The notes under the pieces: model-generated
The model's database searches: none
What the model was told of the DNA's origin: nothing
Seen by the model: the letters and a program-made list of their open reading frames with translations, nothing else
Program-made: the position numbers and the translations under genes
Shown: piece by piece, positions 1 to 13,060 of the stretch
Layout of the letters: each line of letters starts with the position of its first letter
Position numbering within the stretch: position 1 is the first letter of the stretch
Source of the DNA: Octopus vulgaris
Lineage: Eukaryota
Reading direction: 5' to 3'
DNA length: 64,000 nucleotides
NCBI GenBank assembly: GCA_951406725.2
Contig: OX597814.1
Span: 38,378,001 to 38,442,000 of the forward strand

Positions 1-2072
1 TGCTGTATTAATTGCTGTTAAAGTTTCTTTTCCTTCGTGGTGGGGTTGTCTACTTTATTCAAAATAAATTTATTTTATAAACTGTTATTAAAAATTTTAA
101 TGCATATTTATGTGCTAAACTGAATCCTATTTTTCTAAAAACTACAGTTGTCTTTTCCAGCTGGTTCTTATGAGCAATAACAGTGTTGAGTTTTAAAAGA
201 AGGAAATACGGGAAAATAAATAAAAATCTCGTGTCTATATTTTTCGAGACTTCCATGCAGCATGAATTACATAAATGGTCCCTTGTTCATGCAATACTTG
301 TTTCATACTCAGTGGCTCAGAAGGAGTTTATCAATGTGATTTTACTAATTATCTAAGTGCAATTGTCAATTGAGCAATGTATCGTATTTATAAACCTTCC
401 GTCATCATTCTATTTTAACGTAGTGTTTAGGTCTATTATTATGTTTTTAATGAAAATAATGAGAAAAGCGTAGGTCAGATATTTGGTTTTTTATCCCTTT
501 TGTTGTGAAAAATAACTATTCTTTCTATCTAACATTTGTTTTCACTCGTAGATATATGTGTTCTTTGGTTTTCCATTACATGTGACTTAGAAGGACTCAA
601 TGAATATTGATTACAAATGTACAATATATGCACTATATAAATAGATATACTTCATAGATATCATTCTAAAATACGTAACAAGTCTACATTTTCTCTTTAA
701 AGGAATGTGTAAACGAAAATTTTGATATACGTGTCCAAATGATAAATAATATGTAGAGCTGTATTATATAATGCATATAATATCAAATAATTGTAGATTG
801 ATGACTAGTGAAAGAGCACATAAATATCTAGTTTTAATTCTGTTGCAAGCAATTCCCCATCTTATTACACTTTTTATGACCACAATATACATCGATTTTA
901 TTCATGCACACGTCTCTAATTCTTCTATTCCCCAAATAAATATAACGTTGTTAACGAAATAGCAAAGCATGTTTCTGCAAAAGAACAATGAGTATCTATT
1001 TACAGAAAATCATATTTACTTATTGTTTAGAGAAATGTATAATAATTATATAATATGCATAATTTTTCATCCATATATAAGATATTTTGATCCACCTCTA
1101 TACAAAATTATGGAAATAATTCTCTTTTATTGGTGGAACTATATTTAAATACATAATCTTAACTTAATTTTTAAAATAATATTTTTTTTATTAAATTTTG
1201 AAAAATAACCAACATGTTAAGTGCATAAAATTGGTTTGTCAAACGTCTTATTGAATATTTCGATTTCTTATTTTGTCGGCCGTCTGTTTGTTTATAGATA
1301 TTTCAAGATAAATATGAACATTCGGAGATCGATCAATTTGCAATTTCTTCCGAAGAGATGAACCTTAAAATATGTTGATGTTCCTCATACTTTCGAAGCA
1401 AAGCTCATAAATTTTCCAAAATGTCTGCTGTCTATAATAGTAAATCAACAAGAAAAAAAAAACAGGAATAAATTTCATGGCTCAAGGATACATTATTTGT
1501 CGTTTACTTTTTTTCGTTGAAATCGATATATTTATACAGATTATGTCAATTTATTTCCAACATTTTTATTTGCGTTTTTATAAGAGGCATCGAAGTGAAC
1601 ATTAAGCGAATCATATGAAATTCATTTTCATGTTTATATATATTTGAGAACATTTTTTAATATACATTTTATTTTTGATTTCATTTCATATATATATAAA
1701 TATATATATGTATTTATAAAGAACGTTAAGTTATTCAAGAACTATCGATTATTGATTATAGATGTTCTATATATAGTATTAAAAATGTTACATTACTCTA
1801 CCTTTAAATGTCTCTATTTAAAAGAAGACATTTTCCCGAATGAACTAACTCAAAATATCCTAATATCGTCTGCTTATAAATCGCACGCAACATATTTTTC
1901 TTTCAGTATATTATGTAGAATAAAAATGTTAAATTGATCATTATCACATTTATTGATATTTTTTATAGTCAACTATGATAGTTGAACAGTAGCAACATCA
2001 TCAGTGTATCAAACATTGCTTTGATTTTAAAAAAAACAGCGTTATTGTTGATTTTCTTCTTTATACTTTTAA

Positions 2073-2194
<122 letters not shown>

Positions 2195-2574
2195 TTCCGT
2201 CTTCTCATTTAAAATTACGGTTAGAGACAGAGTCAATAAATTGATTTACTGTCAGCTACGACATCATATTTTATTAAAAGTTCTATTAATTATGACCTGA
2301 AAATTATTTTCCTTTTAAAGCTACGGTATGGATTTATAAAAATATTTTCTCTAAGTGTTTACTGTTATTTTTTTTCCTACTTTCAATCTATTAAATAATA
2401 TCTGTCGGGGAATTGTTTGGAATCATATGTAAACAAGCACGATTCATAGAAGCGACTTTTTTTTTTTAATCTATAAAGTAATTTAAATTAACAATAACAT
2501 AGTAATTAATCGAAAGGATTTCACGTTAAATAATTTTTATTTAAGAATGGTTATTGTACGTTTAAGACAGAACA

Positions 2575-2614
<40 letters not shown>

Positions 2615-3079
2615 TTATTTTCCACAGAGCCAGATGTTATGTAATTTTCGAAGTTAAAAATATGGCATTCGTAAAAATATAATAATATAGACATAAAGCA
2701 AGAATGGAAGAAAGTCAGATACCTGGTTTGGTAAAGCATTGCTTTTGCTTTTGTGATGTAGGAGTAAGTGAAAATAATCTAATTCTTTTCGTTTTAAATT
2801 AATATCTGCTTCGTATGCATTAATTTCGTCTATGCACATAGACATGTAAACACAGGAATTCAGATCTGATGGACAACTGTTTAAGTTTATCAACATCTGG
2901 AATACATGTGTGTATGTATTTGCGCGCTTGTGCACGCTTTTTTCCTGTATTATATTGATACATTATTTTATTTCTATATGCATAGGCATGCATATTTGGA
3001 TATATATGCATGCAGAAATATACGTACAATAATACACACTGACATATATACGTACATACACACGCAAATATAGACATAC

Positions 3080-3119
3080 AAACACACACACACACACACT
3101 AACACATACATACGCAGAA

Positions 3120-3190
<71 letters not shown>

Positions 3191-3197
3191 CATATAT
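3080..3197. repeat. (CA)n(TA)n compound microsatellite abutting SINE family A
   Basis: Directly visible; same position relative to the SINE head as the internal microsatellite of the other family A copies. Confidence 0.9.
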
Positions 3198-3362
3198 ACG
3201 ACGGGCTTCTTTCAGTTTCCGTCTACCAAATCTACTCACATGGCTTTGGACGCCCCGAGGCTATAGTAGAAGACAATTGTCCAAGGTGCCACGCAGTGGG
3301 ACTGAACCCGGAACCATGAGGTTGGTTAGCAAGCTACTTACCACACATCCACTCCTGCGCCT
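3198..3362 (-). mobile_element. tRNA-derived SINE family A, 5' half
   Basis: Minus strand reads aggcgcaggagtggatgtgtggtaagtagcttg...ggttccgggttcagtcccactgcgtggcacc...gatttggtagacggaaactgaaagaagcccgtcgt, with A/B-box-like motifs. Homologous to 38433, 49055 and 59061. Confidence 0.85.
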
Positions 3363-3814
3363 ATATATATATATATCACAATTATTTCATTAACCCATGT
3401 TGTAAGTCAATAATATCGTATCCCAAACAAAAGTTTGTATACATTTTTAATAGTCATGAAATATTGATTTGTCTTTGATGAAGTAAAAATAATGAATTCC
3501 CTTACATTCTGCAAAAGTATTCTGACGGCCAGGCGTGTAATGATTCGCTTACATGATATGTAGTCATAAACGATATATAGTATTATACGAGTACCTGCAT
3601 TGAAGTTCCTGCAAGCCTTTCTATATATTCACTGTACCTAACACATAGTTTGAATCCTCTAAATAACATTGGACTGTATATATCTATCTTCGAGTCACTT
3701 CTCTATTTCTCTGCCTGTCTGTTTCCCTTCTCTCACTCTCTCTCTTTCTCTACCTTTCTTTCTACTTTCTACTTTCTATCTCAGGACAAATTGCGTGGCA
3801 TTGTTTAAATATGT

Positions 3815-4075
3815 ATAAGGTCCAGAAGTTTTGAAAATTTTTCAAGAGACACATTTAGTAAATTCAAAAAACCACACAACTGTAATTCCTTCTATGTAGG
3901 ATCAATTGAGGCCAATGCGCTTGTAGCACTCCAGTCACCCTATGGATGTTCTCCAAAGTGAAAGTGTCCAGGACACTTGCTACAGCCCATTCATCATCCC
4001 CTTACGCTTGAGGAACAAACAAAAGCTACTGCGATCAAAGTAAGCATAAGAGGAACATCATGAGGCTTCTGGTAC
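3815..4075 (-). mobile_element. Degenerate mariner transposase 3' remnant
   Basis: Minus strand gives FCLFLKRK and LECYKRIGLN-like stretches resembling a mariner C-terminus; heavily decayed. Confidence 0.4.
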
Positions 4076-6045
4076 CTTCCGCAATTTAGGTCATCTTCTA
4101 CGCTATTTTCTATCAAATGCCTTTTCTCCTCTGTTTGTTGTATTCCGTCATCTCTTCCTCTTTTTCTTCTCTTGGCTGTAGTCCTTTTTCTTCAAGTCAT
4201 CACTTCTCTTTCCTATTCCTCTTTATCTCGCTTCCACTTACATTATACTTATTCTTATTGCCTTTTTTTCACATCTCCCCACCTCCGCAAGCTGGTACTA
4301 TTCTTTAGTGTTCTGCTCGTTATCACTAGAAATGACTCCGACGAAAGTAGCAATAACTTTTTAGATCGTTGAAATTTTCTCAGTACATCAATGGGCCGAT
4401 TGAGTAACAATATCATTAATGAAACTATTATGACTACTGAAAATTGATGCAAGTCGAATTTACTATGATAAATAAAAATGCGTAATGACTATAATTTATA
4501 TCTTGTCTTGTATCTCTCTCTCTGTAAACATCAGTACACCTCGGACACAACCGTAGATTTACAATATAGAATGGCGAGGAAATATATCCTCGGAAACTGC
4601 CACTAGAATAACCGAACTTCTTCAGTAATTTAAACAATATTGTTAGTCTGGTATACTAAGAGCTTAGCTTATAAAGTATTTTCCGGGATTGGTAATCCGC
4701 CACTAATAAATCTGTGTATATATAGACCGTGTGTTTTTGGGAGTGCTAGCATATATGATTACGTTACTATCAATGTTGCTTGCAAGACTATAACCAGTTC
4801 CAGTATAAACTGCACAGATGATGCTAGAAATACAGTTATTTTAGCTGACACATCATGACTTTATACTTCAGCTATGAACAGACTACACCAAATATACAGA
4901 AGACATGATTTTGAGTCGTTATTTGCTAAGTATATATTTACTTCAGAAATCATGTTGCTGGATGAATTCGATGCAAAATTCTACAATGAAACATCACATC
5001 TTTACATTCGCATACGTCGTCTAAATTTAAATCTACCAATATATGCTTATATTTCAATTCTCTTTGAATCGGGAATGTTATCTAATAAGAGATATTTTTT
5101 GTTAAACTCAGCAACACATATATCGCCAAAAAATATATATGAAATTATTGCAAATAATATGTTTATATAAGCGTATAAGTATAGTTACGTACTGGCACGG
5201 ACAAACAAACAACCACACACAGACACAGTTATGTATATTTATGTCTATATAACCAACTCTCTCTCTCTCCTTTTCTCTGTCTTTATTTATGTATATATGT
5301 GTGTGTATGTATGTATGTATATATATATATATACATACATACATGTATGTGTGTGTGTGTGTGTGTGTATGGAATCTCACACATTTCGGTAATACCAGTC
5401 ACAATTTATCAAACGTGAGTGATACAATTGTGGATAAAGGTATTAATTGGAATTATGTCAGGCTTTATATCGGTGAACAATAACAAAATTAAGCTAGTAA
5501 AAACAAAACACCTATAAAACTAAGAAGAATGTCCATAATTCAAAGAATAATATATTTCCTATATAAATATTTGTAGAACAAATAACAAATATTGATATAT
5601 CTACGATTTATGAAGTATAACGTATCTCACAATCAATATAGTTATATTTTTGTACGTATATACATACACACACGCACACATATATGGACGTATGTGCATA
5701 TTGTTAGGAAGACAGTCAGTTAGATACAAGACACACTCACACACTTGCACACATACACACACACGCACACACATATACAAGTCATACGTGCTCGGGCGTG
5801 TTTCAATAATAATGATAATGATAATAATAATAGCAATAATAGTTATCAGAATAATCAGACAGAGGCTCTCATCGCTTCTGATGTAAACTGCCTCTAGCGT
5901 TATCATGTATATTGTTTTATCTTTTCACAAAAGATGAGCTACAGCAAATGTTCTGCTTAATACCACCGAATTGCTTGGCATTTGTTTGACTTTAACCAGT
6001 TGAGCATGTCTCGTAGTAGCTGAGTATATGTGCACCTCTGATCAT

Positions 6046-6098
6046 TCTACTATAGGCACTACGTCTGCAATTTGGGGGCGGGGGGATATTCGATTACC
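6046..6098 (-). mobile_element. SINE family C 3'-tail fragment
   Basis: ttctactataggcac...tttgggggcggggg...tcgattac matches the ends at 10676 and 11238. Confidence 0.5.
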
Positions 6099-8742
6099 TA
6101 ATAATAATAATGATTAATTTCTTCTTTCTTGTTTGGCCAGCAAAGCTGAACACCAACCATAAAGGACGATACGCAGACGAGGGAGAGTGAGGTTAATGTG
6201 TAAACAGCAAAACAAAATAATTAACAATATATAACTCCACAATAGCAGTGGGGTACCCACCGAGAGATGACCAAAGCCACCCCACCCACTTTAATGGCAC
6301 CTATTTGCTCCACACTACATCCGGCATACAGGCGCACACTTACAGTAAGCCCTTTCACACGGGTTATTCTCGTTACATTCACCCACCTTTCGGCGAACAT
6401 TTTTGGGTGACAACACCTCCCTCTCCAGTCTCACCTTACTTTTCAGGTGTAACCCGAAAATCTCAATGAGGCCTTGGCCAAAGAGGAAGGTACCTTCTTC
6501 AAACATTTAAATCGCGTCCACCATACAACCTCTTTCATCATAGTCACCAGAGAAAGAACACCTGCCTTTCCGTCCCGGCCAAAGGAAGGTAGCTGTGCAA
6601 TCTTCATGATTGATTCGGACGATAGCCAGATCCGTCCTACGCGTAACAATAACTGTTCGACGAAGCCCCACAAGTCAGCAATCAACGGACATTGTACTAG
6701 TGCATGCAGAACGGCTTCGTTACTATACATGCGCCTCGGATATATTGTATGACTGCACATCTGTGCCCGTAGAGCTTACCGGCAGCACCCCCGGTTGCAC
6801 TGTCACGACAAAGATTTCTGGAAATTATCCATAGGTCCCAGTCCGAAAGTCGTCTGGAGAAGACTAGTCAGCTGACCCCTCTCAACGCCCAGTGTCTCTA
6901 CCAGATCGTCGTTACTCTTACCTTCCACTAATCACCTACAGAACTCCAAAGTGGAATTCCACCGACCGCATTTCCCGACTGACTGATGGCTCTGAGCCCT
7001 TGGAGATATTCTAGGTGCCAAGCGCCCTATCTGGGATAACACAGGAGCCAGAAATTTAGCTTTTTAAGGATACGAGCTGTGGAAACACTTGCTCACCGCT
7101 ATGATATCGCTAAACATGTCGCAGCCTAGCGCATGTTGGAGCATTGTCAACCGTGGCATGCCCAGTCCTCCATGCAACGGATCCTGACAGGAAATGGATC
7201 GTCTGACAAGCGGTACCCTTCCCTTCAAGAAGCAGAAGAGCAAGCACACCAGCCTGTTTAGACTCGAAGTGGGGCAAGGGACGGTAGTATATGACGGATG
7301 CGATGTACGCATTCGCCTCCTCTGCCTAACCTTTGAGAGACAGCTTCCTCTCGGCCTATTGCTGGGTGTGACCGGCCAATCGATCTGGCCAATCTATCCA
7401 CTTGGTTGTCCGAATTAAACGAGACTTCGAGCAACTTAACCAGTCCTTCTGTCCAGCGCCCTACAACGTTGACTTTCGGCATGGAACTTCCTCCCCAGGT
7501 GCCAAACTGCGGGCCCACTGATTTCCCGTGTTTAATCGTTGCTTCTGTCACTGCTTCGTATTCCTTTAGCGTAGGGTTGGACATCTCTATTTCAGAGCCA
7601 TTGACACTATCACGATTACATCGTCCGCATACGCTGAAACACCTCTTTCGCATCCTGGCTCACGCAGATCGAGGGAGGACCGACCGTATCTCAAGATCCA
7701 GGTATTTTCTGAGCAACACCACCCAAAAATTCCCGGTCGACAAACAGATGTAAATCATCATAATCATTGAAAATGGGCGCTAGGTCGCGCGTGTCCGAGG
7801 TCCTGGTTTAACTGACAGCTTTTTCGCCACCTAGGGTCATTGAGCAAGCGTCCTTGCTTTTATGACGTCCCCAGGCCACGTACGTTTATACTGCCCACTC
7901 TAAGCAATACTATGCTGGACGATCGGAATGTGTGAAAATAGACGAGAGGTACTTACCAAAGCTCTGTAGGGGAGTGGGTGTGCGTACTCCATCCCCCTCT
8001 TTGGATGTGGGTTTTCCCTCGCAGCAGTTCTTAGCAAAGCCTGATATTGAGGTTCATGTGAAAGAGGCCTTGGCCAAAGATGAAGTGGAAATACCTAGAT
8101 TTCAAAATTTTGTATTTGCTTTTAGTAACTTTGAATATCTTTATACGTGACAGGATATTTTTGGGTTATATGACATAGTTAGATTCATTAATATCCATGT
8201 TTGGAGATGTGATCTATTAATCCGTTATTTTTTGTGCTTATAGCCGTGAGATCTATAATGTCTCGTTTATGATCATTTGGTTGAATGGAGTCCATTTCTT
8301 GTGTATGTAGACAGTGCTTTGATTGTGATGGTTGTGGTGGTAGTGGTGGGTATGATTTTATTTTTGCCTCTGTGTGTGTAGGTGAGTTTATGCATGGAGT
8401 GCTGTTGTTACTGTACGTTTCCTTCTCCATTTTCTCTTATTGCTTGATTTTTTTTTCTGGTTATCATTTGTACTCTTCCGTCTTTTCATTCCTTTTCGTG
8501 TGACTGTTTGCCATGGCTGTCCCTCCTTATTTTCGTCGATTTCGTTGACCGAATTGGGGAGAGTTATGTCTTCCGCAGATATTTGTCTTATTGTTGGCCT
8601 TGTTAATGATATTCTCATTATTTTTGTTGGGAGTTCTCTGTTGCTGCCGTTGTTGTTGCTGTTTGTTATGTAGTTGTTATTGCTACTGGTGTGCATCGTA
8701 CATTACATTGTGCAGTTGTTTCCACTCCAGTCGTTCTCTTGT

Positions 8743-9128
8743 GTGGAGGCGCAATGGCCCAGCTGTTAGGGCAGCGGACTCGCGGTCATAGAATCGCAGT
8801 TTCGTTTCCCAGACCGGGCGTTGTGAGTGTTTATTGAGCGAAAACACCTACAAGCTCCACGAGGCTCCGGCAGGGGATGGTGGTGATCCCTGCTGTACTC
8901 TTTCACCACAACTTTCTCTCACTCTTACTTCCTGTTTCTGTTGTACCTGTATTTCAAGGGGCCGGCCTTGTCACTCTCTGTGTCACGCTGAATATCCCCG
9001 AGAACTACGTTAAGGGTGCACGTGTCTGTGGAGTGCTCAGCCACTTACACGTTAATTTCACGAGCCGGCTGTTCCGTTGATTCGGATCAACCGGAACCCT
9101 CATCGTCGTAACCGACGGAGTGCTTCCA
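8743..9128 (+). mobile_element. tRNA-derived SINE family B, full length, tail type 1 (possibly octopus OR-type)
   Basis: Head ggaggcgcaatggcccag..gttagggcagcggactcgcggtc..gtttcg..tcccagaccgggcg. Near-identical to 58150-58533. Imperfect TSD cagtcgttct(ct)tgt at 8728-8742 and 9129-9141. Confidence 0.9.
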
Positions 9129-9408
9129 CAGTCGTTCTTGTAGCTGCTGCTGGCACGGTAGAGGCTTCTGTGGAAGCTTTTGTGTCCATTTGTCTCTGTT
9201 GATGTTGCTGCTTCTGCTTCAACAGTTGCATCTGTACATGATTTCTTTCTTATGTTACCTCTGGCAGGTTTTGAGGCACATGTACTGTGAACTTTCTAAT
9301 TTCACGTCTTATAATCTTCTCAGATTCTTTAAATGTACTTCCTTATCTTTTAACCACATAATGTTAAACTTATTTGCAACTCTTGTGAAAGAAACGTTAT
9401 TTCTGTTT

Positions 9409-9824
9409 AAGGCGGCGTGCTGGCAGAAACGTTAGCACGCCGGGCGAAATGATTAGCCGTATTTCGTCTGGCATTACGTTCTGAGTTCAAATTCAGCAGA
9501 GGTTGACTTTGCCTTTCATCCTTTCGGGGTCGATAAATTAAGTACCAGTTACGCACTGGGGTCGATGTAATCGATTTAATCCCCTTGTCTGTCCTTGTTT
9601 GTCCCCTCTACGTTTAGCCCCTTGTGGGTAGTAAAGAAATAGGTATTTCGTCTGCTGCTACGTTCTGAGTTCACATTCCACCGAGGTCAACTTTGCCTTT
9701 CATCATTTCGGGGTCGATAAATTAAGTACCAGTTACGCACTGGGGTCGATGTAATCGACTTAATCCCTTTATCTATCCTTGTTTGTCCTCTCTGTGTTTA
9801 GCCTCTTGTGGGTAGTAAAGAAAT
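9409..9824 (+). mobile_element. tRNA-derived SINE family C with 184-bp internal tandem duplication
   Basis: Head ggcggcgtgctggcagaaacgttag...gagttcaaattc; core gactttgcctttcatcctttcggggtcgataaattaagtaccag present twice. Perfect 20-bp TSD aagaaacgttatttctgttt at 9389-9408 and 9825-9844. Confidence 0.9.
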
Positions 9825-10391
9825 AAGAAACGTTATTTCTGTTTGAATCTTCCTTTTCTTTGTTCGTAGTTTAGTAATTTGTGTGGTGGTCGTAGTGATG
9901 GTGATGGTGGTAATATTTTCTTTGCAGAATTGGCTGCTGCTAGTAATATTTCATGCTTCCTCCAACGAATTCTCATTATTCCTGACACTTCCACTCTGGT
10001 TTTTGTTGTTGTTGTCAGCGCTGTTGCTCCACCTGCTACTAACACTATCATTCATATCTAGAGTGAGTAGGGGTGGGTGAGTGACGGCGAAAAACAATTT
10101 CGTGTCCTGCATCTCCTCCCACTTCCCCCTCTTGTTGACTTGCTAACAAAAACGAATTCATATTAAATTTTGCAAATTTTAAAAGGAAAATTTCTTTTCT
10201 TTTCCAGTGATTTTTTTCCCTGCAGAGCAAAAGACAAAAAATAAAAAATAATAACCTTGTTAATAAGACCAATATGATCAAGATTAACTTACTCCCCCCC
10301 AAAAAAAAATTGCTACAATAACAGTCAGTTTAGAGGTAAAGTAATTACACACTTAGGGAGCTGCGAAATACACGACCAGCGCTAGCGAAAA

Positions 10392-10451
<60 letters not shown>

Positions 10452-10464
10452 CAGTAGTAGTAGT
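10392..10464. repeat. (TAG)n microsatellite
   Basis: Directly visible. Confidence 0.95.
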
Positions 10465-10474
10465 AAGAATATTA

Positions 10475-10645
10475 ATATGAGAAGTACATTGAACAAATAG
10501 AGACTGCAATAAGGGTGGAGCTCCTGCAGAAAACAGCACTGCATGGAACCGCTCCAATACTCCGGAAGGCTCTCGAAAATAAGAGGTGTTACATTAGTTC
10601 ACTGCGTAGTACATCTCCTGCGTTCGAAGCTGTGCAAAGGAAATA
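10475..10645 (+). mobile_element. Dong/R4-clade LINE 3' end fragment
   Basis: Translates EKYIEQIETAIRVELLQKTALHGTAPILRKAL, then 3' UTR ...gaagctgtgcaaagg and TAA-like repeats. Homologous to 57063-57405. Confidence 0.75.
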
Positions 10646-10675
10646 ATTGTAATAATAATGATAACAATATTAATC

Positions 10676-10832
10676 CTTACTACTATAGGTAAAAGGCTTG
10701 AATCTTTGTGGGAAGTGGCTAGTCGATTACAACGACCCAGTGTACTTTGCCTTTCATCGTTTTAGGGTCTTTCAAATTAGTACTACTGGAGTCGATGTAT
10801 TTGACTAGCCCCTTTCCCAAAGTTTCACGCGT
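10676..10832. mobile_element. Two SINE family C 3' fragments fused in inverted orientation
   Basis: Minus-strand tail (10676-10742) joined to plus-strand core/tail (actttgcctttcatc...gactagccc). Confidence 0.55.
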
Positions 10833-11237
10833 TGTGCTTGCTGCTTAATTTTCATGTCCCTCCGCAAATCTTCTGTATAACCCATTCAACACATATGTTT
10901 AGGATATCATGCAATGGTATCAAACATCAACGAAAGACATGGTATTCTTCCGAAAAGTAAGCAGCATTTAGAACAAGGTTATATTACACCAGCAACAGAA
11001 AGAACGAAGTCGATATGGCCTGTTCCTTGTTTCTTAGACCTAAGCCAAAGATTTATTTTCGTCGTCTATGTAAATTGCGATTAGTAACAATTAGATATTC
11101 AAAGGGTATAAACTTTGTAGTTTTTCAAAATAGGTCACTTTACTCTCTATAACCTCGGATAAGTTAAAGTGTGGATTAATTAACATATTCGTTGAAAACC
11201 ACACAATTTGTTCGTATAATGTGAAAAAGCTCATACC

Positions 11238-11443
11238 TTCTACTATAGGTACTAAGCCTGAAGCTCTTACGGAAAGGAGGCAAGTCGATTATATGGACGC
11301 CAATATTTGGCTGGTATTTCTTTTATCGAACTTGAAAGCCCGTGAGGCAAATTGACATATCTGAATTTAAACGAAGATTGAAAAGGCGGAAGAAATGGCG
11401 CTAAGAATTTCGTCAGGAGTGATGATCAGTTCTGCCAGTCCAC
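11238..11443 (-). mobile_element. Diverged SINE family C copy
   Basis: ttctactatagg...gtcgatta...ctggtatttcttttatcga...ttctgccag is colinear with the reverse complement of the 9409 copy. Confidence 0.65.
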
Positions 11444-12517
11444 ATTTTAAAGTCTCATTAATAAACCTGCGCCAATAAATCAAATGTACGGCGGCAAAAT
11501 GAAAAGGCAAACTGTTTTATTACCCTTAAACATCAATTTAAATGAACTATATGCATTTATATATTTATCACTATATCCATATTGTATGTGAGCTTTTTTG
11601 TCTGTGTGTATGTACGTATGTATATTTGTGCACTGTCTTAAGACATGCTTAAAATCTGCCAGTCGTATATGACGTAATAAAGTGCGGGTATTCATCATAC
11701 TGTAATTTATGTATAAGTGAGTGCGCGTGCACGTACGTCTGGATATGTTACATGTATGTATGTGTGCACACTAATTCAGAGATACGCATGTGTATACTTA
11801 AATATACATACATATAAGAATATGTTTCTGTTCGTGTGTGTGTGCGATCGAGTGTGGACATACTAATGTATTGCAACGTACAGATACATTTTACATACCA
11901 TTCTTTTTAATTTGCACTTCAACAGTCGTTATTTTCTCTCATCTTAAGTCCAGGTATTGTTTTTTTTTTCTACAACGGAACATTGTTATTATGTTTCATA
12001 AAATTATTATAGATTATATAGACAGCAACGGGAACAATAATTAATAATTATAAATTAAACGATGTATGTGTGAAATTCTTCATTTTGATTTTCGCACAAA
12101 TATTACAGGTTTGAATTGCGGCATTAATCAATAAATAATACAAATACCTACGTTTACATTTAGCTGTTTATTTGCATTTCCCTACAAATTAATGGAATTA
12201 TTTAACATAGCAGCTAATGAGATCATTTTCCCCCAGAAATATATCAGGTGAGCATATAATAAATGATACCACGTATACAACAGATGATATTTGTGTGACT
12301 GCTTTGAAAATTATTTCGTCAGTTCTTTTACACTATAAAATGCCTATGCTACACAATGTTATGTAAAAATATATATTGAAATGCACCACAGATGTTTATT
12401 GAAATAACAAACATTATCAAGCGGAAAAAGTTTATTGGCGACAATCATGTAACTCTGATATACTGCAGCTACTGGGAATATTTTCCCATTTCTTCATTAA
12501 ACTATGTTATCGAACTA

Positions 12518-12851
12518 GTGGAAGCCCAGTGGTTTGGTCAGTGGATTCGTGGTCGTTGGATCGCTGTTTCGATTCCCAGACCGGACATTGCGTTTATTGA
12601 GCGAAAACACATAAAGCTCCACAACGTTCCGGCAGAGTGTGGTGCTGAACCCTGCTGTACTCTTTCACCACAACTTTCCCTCACTCTTTCTTCCTGTTTC
12701 TGTTGTACCTGTATTTCAAAGGGCCAGCTTTCTCCTCGAGACCTCCGTTAAGCGTACACGTGTCTGTGGAGTGCTCAGTCACGTGCACGTTAATTTCACG
12801 AGCAGGCTATTCCGTTCAGTGGATCAAATTGAACAATCGTCATCGTAACCA
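12518..12851 (+). mobile_element. SINE family B, diverged copy with deletions
   Basis: Aligns with 8743-9128 (gtttattgagcgaaaacac, ctgtactctttcaccacaac, cacgtgtctgtggagtgctcag). Confidence 0.85.
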
Positions 12852-12889
12852 ATATATGTATATCATCGCCATGATTGACCACTAGCTAC

Positions 12890-13060
12890 TAAATCTTTCT
12901 CTGTTTTATTCTCTCTGTTTATTTTCTTGTGTTCCTTTCAATTGAAGAGCGTAGGCTCGAAACGTACAAGACATATTCACCTTCCCGAAAGTTAAAGTAA
13001 TACAACCAGTTTTTTGTTTAGACACCTGTCTTCGTTTATTGTTGTTGTTTTTTGTTAATT
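12890..13060 (+). mobile_element. Short dispersed repeat, Penelope-terminal-like, with hammerhead-like motif
   Basis: ttgaagagcgtaggctcgaaacg...acacctgtcttcgt followed by (TA)n. Homologous to 30788-30975 (-) and 32265-32460 (+). Confidence 0.55.

Larger units (their letters stand above)
6115..10390 (-). mobile_element. Decayed L1/Tx1-like non-LTR retrotransposon (ORF1 plus internally deleted ORF2), interrupted by two SINEs
   Basis: APE endonuclease start LRVGSINVRGL (~7872-7905), RT motif SAYADDV (YADD 7620-7631), QDPLHGGLGMP, and C-terminal zinc-finger remnant EAVLHALVQCP (~6690-6750). Upstream basic, low-complexity ORF1-like fragments lie at ~7930-10160. Many frameshifts and stops; ends approximate. 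Confidence 0.75.

Noticed and set aside
8877-9080. Recurrent ORF MVVIPAVLFHHNF (also 12639, 41663, 58282) resembling a small gene family
   Set aside because: Lies inside SINE family B copies that have tRNA-like heads and TSDs.
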